From positions 526,244 through 590,243 of the forward strand of contig JAHDYR010000067.1 in NCBI GenBank assembly GCA_019828565.1: DNA of 64,000 nucleotides. The letters run 5' to 3'. Source of the DNA: Carpediemonas membranifera BICM (taxonomy: Eukaryota; Protista; Fornicata). Position 1 is the first letter of the stretch. Each line of letters starts with the position of its first letter. The notes below the pieces were generated by a model. The model was not told where the DNA came from. It made no database searches and saw nothing but the letters and a program-made list of their open reading frames with translations. The translations under genes and the position numbers were made by a program. Below are positions 61,782 through 64,000 of this stretch, piece after piece.

Positions 61782-63263
61782 TCACATCAGCAAGGCGACC
61801 AGGCCGAACACAGCCGCAGCCCCAACAGCAACGCGACGAACACCGTCATCGTCCTCGTCATCTTCCACAGGCACGACAGGGGTAACTGCCTCAGGGTCAT
61901 AGACAGCCTCGAGCGAGGGGGTAGGCTCGACGAAGACGGGGACGTTTGTGGAAATCTGGCTTCCGTCAGAGACAGAGACGACGAACAGGTCGGCCGTACG
62001 GGAAGTAGTGCAAGAGAAGAGAAGGACCGCTCTGTCGCTCGAGTCAAAAACTGCACCGCACTCGCCGGTGGATTCACCCTGGGAAACGAGCACGATCTCA
62101 TCAATGCAGCCAGCCTGAGTCTCGGTGCAAATGGTGACCTCATCCATACCCAGCCCAGTCTTGGTGGCAGCGTCGCGGAACCACAGGGCTGCCTGGGTCG
62201 AGTTCTCCACACGAGTGTATGTAAGCAGACCAGAGGCAGGCGCGTCGTACTCGTAGTTGCCTATGGATTCGACGTCAACCTTGGTGATAATATCCGGAGT
62301 GGATACATCAACGCTGTCGTTGCATGAAGAGCAGCTCATCGTGTTCCAAGAGAGGGTGAGCTCCGCGTTGAGGGGAGACCTTATCACTTGGTGTGACTTG
62401 GCGCTGTAGTCCTCGAGGCACTTCCCCTCATTACACGAGCTGAGGCAGAGAACATCGCACGTGTCGAGGTCGCATACAGCGTTGGCAGTGTTGAAGGTGA
62501 AGTCGGCAATGTCGGCGTCGACTTCGAAGCCGCAGGCACGGGTGTAGAGGCCTTCGTCGAACGTGAGCTCCTGGTTGAACTCGAGCTTATCGCCCAGACC
62601 GTATGCGAAGGTGAGCTCGCCGATCTCTGCCGCAGGTGAGGTGTTCTTGGTGACTGAAGAAGTCATCCGCGTGCGCGCAAAAACAGAGAACGGAACAACG
62701 AACTCCTCGAAACCGCGCTCAGTAACCGTGGTGACGATGTTGATGTGGAGGTCTCCGCTGTATCCGATGGAATCCAGGCCTACGATTCTCGAGATCATGT
62801 GCGCAGTTCCAAGCTGGCAATCTTCATATAGATCAATAACACTTGCTTCGAGGATATAAGTCACTGTACTGCAGGTATACTCAACGTTCCAGATGCCACT
62901 GTTGGGAGGGCCGGGGAATCTGATGTCGGTGGTGTCGAGGTCGGCAGCAGAAAGGGGCTCGAGGTTGTCCCAGCCTTCGTCGGAATCCCACGATTCAGAG
63001 ACACGGTTCTCGCACTGGTAGCCGAAGTTGAGGCCGCGGCTGACAGGGTTGTAGGGGACGAAGCCGACGACGGCCGCAGTGAGAGGATCGTACGGCACAA
63101 CGACTTCGAAACGAAGGGTGAATGTGTCCGGATCAATCAGTGTAATCGAAACGTCAGGGGTTTGGGAAGGTTCAAGAGCAAGCTTGTTCAAAGGCAGGCC
63201 GCATGAGGGAGTCTCGGCGAAGCACAGGACAACGCAGAGAAGGAGAATCAGAGGAATGTTCAT
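61782..63263 (-). CDS. Cys-containing surface protein with signal peptide and C-terminal GPI/TM tail
   Basis: N-terminal MNIPLILLLCVVLCFA; C-terminal VAVGAAAVFGLVALLM preceded by an acidic, P-rich stalk. Confidence 0.75.
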   Translation of the reverse strand: MNIPLILLLCVVLCFAETPSCGLPLNKLALEPSQTPDVSITLIDPDTFTLRFEVVVPYDPLTAAVVGFVPYNPVSRGLNFGYQCENRVSESWDSDEGWDNLEPLSAADLDTTDIRFPGPPNSGIWNVEYTCSTVTYILEASVIDLYEDCQLGTAHMISRIVGLDSIGYSGDLHINIVTTVTERGFEEFVVPFSVFARTRMTSSVTKNTSPAAEIGELTFAYGLGDKLEFNQELTFDEGLYTRACGFEVDADIADFTFNTANAVCDLDTCDVLCLSSCNEGKCLEDYSAKSHQVIRSPLNAELTLSWNTMSCSSCNDSVDVSTPDIITKVDVESIGNYEYDAPASGLLTYTRVENSTQAALWFRDAATKTGLGMDEVTICTETQAGCIDEIVLVSQGESTGECGAVFDSSDRAVLLFSCTTSRTADLFVVSVSDGSQISTNVPVFVEPTPSLEAVYDPEAVTPVVPVEDDEDDDGVRRVAVGAAAVFGLVALLM

Positions 63264-63488
63264 TGTTTCAGTCTCAGAGAAGATTTGTGAGGAGAACACT
63301 CGCAATGTAGCTTAGTGAGATACGGTGCTGTACCCACTGCTGTTGTACAAGATTGCCATGACACCTTGAGCTCTTGACACGTACATTTGGAAATGTATAC
63401 ATGTAATTATGCTGTCACCGGCACTGCATTGCCAACCGTGCACTCGGACAAGTCGCTCCATTCTTTCATTTACACCGTGCTTCTTTCC

Positions 63489-63978
63489 CTAATCCTGCTT
63501 GAGCTCAAACGTCGTCTCCTCGGGCGCCTGACCCCGCCGCAACACGTGGATCTTCACGAAGTCACCTGTGTGGATGTCCCTCTCGCCCGCACTTGTGATG
63601 GCGTCCTTGACAAGCCCGAGTGCTTCGTCGAACGGGATAGGCGTCTTGCGGCCCTTCATCTGACTGTCGAGCAGAGGGAACATCAGGCTCGCCGCTGAGC
63701 CGGCGCATGAACACTTGTACTCCTGGAAGTTTCCTACAGCATCGTATTCGAAGATTCCCGTAGTGCCGTCAGGTTTGATGCCACCAACAATGTTGAACGT
63801 GTAGTAGGGGAAGAATCGCCGGCCGTAGAGGGTGTTGCCGAGGTACTGGGAGAACGCGCTGAGGCTGATGTCCGCGCCGGTGTCCTGCTTGAACTGCTTC
63901 GAGTGCAGAAGAAGGTTCTTCTGGAGCGTGAATATGTCGGCTTGCATGCCAGCTGAGGCAATGAATATGTCATCAGTG
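63489..63978 (-). CDS. PSMB1: Proteasome subunit beta type-1 (beta6), last exon; 5' exon(s) outside window
   Basis: TDDIFIASAGMQAD, LYGRRFFPYYTFNIVGG, YDAVG, AGERDIHTGD; preceded by the acceptor CTATCACACAG. Confidence 0.93.
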
Positions 63979-64000
63979 CTGTGTGATAGTATATATAGCG
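63979..64000 (-). other. 3' part of a spliceosomal intron in PSMB1
   Basis: AT-rich ...TATATATACTATCACACAG, with the same ACACAG end as the PSMB5 intron, at the point where protein homology stops. Confidence 0.75.

Overview
Gene-dense, intron-poor, GC-rich eukaryotic DNA in the standard genetic code (TAA/TAG/TGA are all used as stops). A 30-nt spliceosomal intron ending in ACACAG and the gene content suggest a fornicate metamonad such as Carpediemonas; this is inference, not verified. Housekeeping and accessory genes: an ankyrin-FYVE protein running off the left edge and missed by the ORF track, TSG101/Vps23, RACK1, histidine ammonia-lyase, a PHD/PZP chromatin protein, an ENT nucleoside transporter, a PfkB kinase, a JHY-like protein, a PqqL-like M16 peptidase, FSH1, proteasome beta5 and beta6, an FG-repeat/RanBD nucleoporin, an LRR protein and two surface proteins. 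The striking feature is a family of RCC1-like beta-propeller genes: 12 copies (labelled A-L), about 15 kb or 23% of the window, dispersed on both strands. They are mosaics of interchangeable variable segments set in a near-invariant DNA framework. All keep the 3' end, four are 5'-truncated, and two frameshifts are each shared between distant copies. Three copies lie in a ~3.55-kb tandem triplication head-to-head with a microbial-type PARG (DUF2263-like) gene that RCC1 sequence interrupts at or just before its catalytic loop. Best candidate novel system: a recombination-diversified, self-spreading repertoire of intracellular RCC1 propellers. All protein identifications are from motif recognition by eye; no searches were run.
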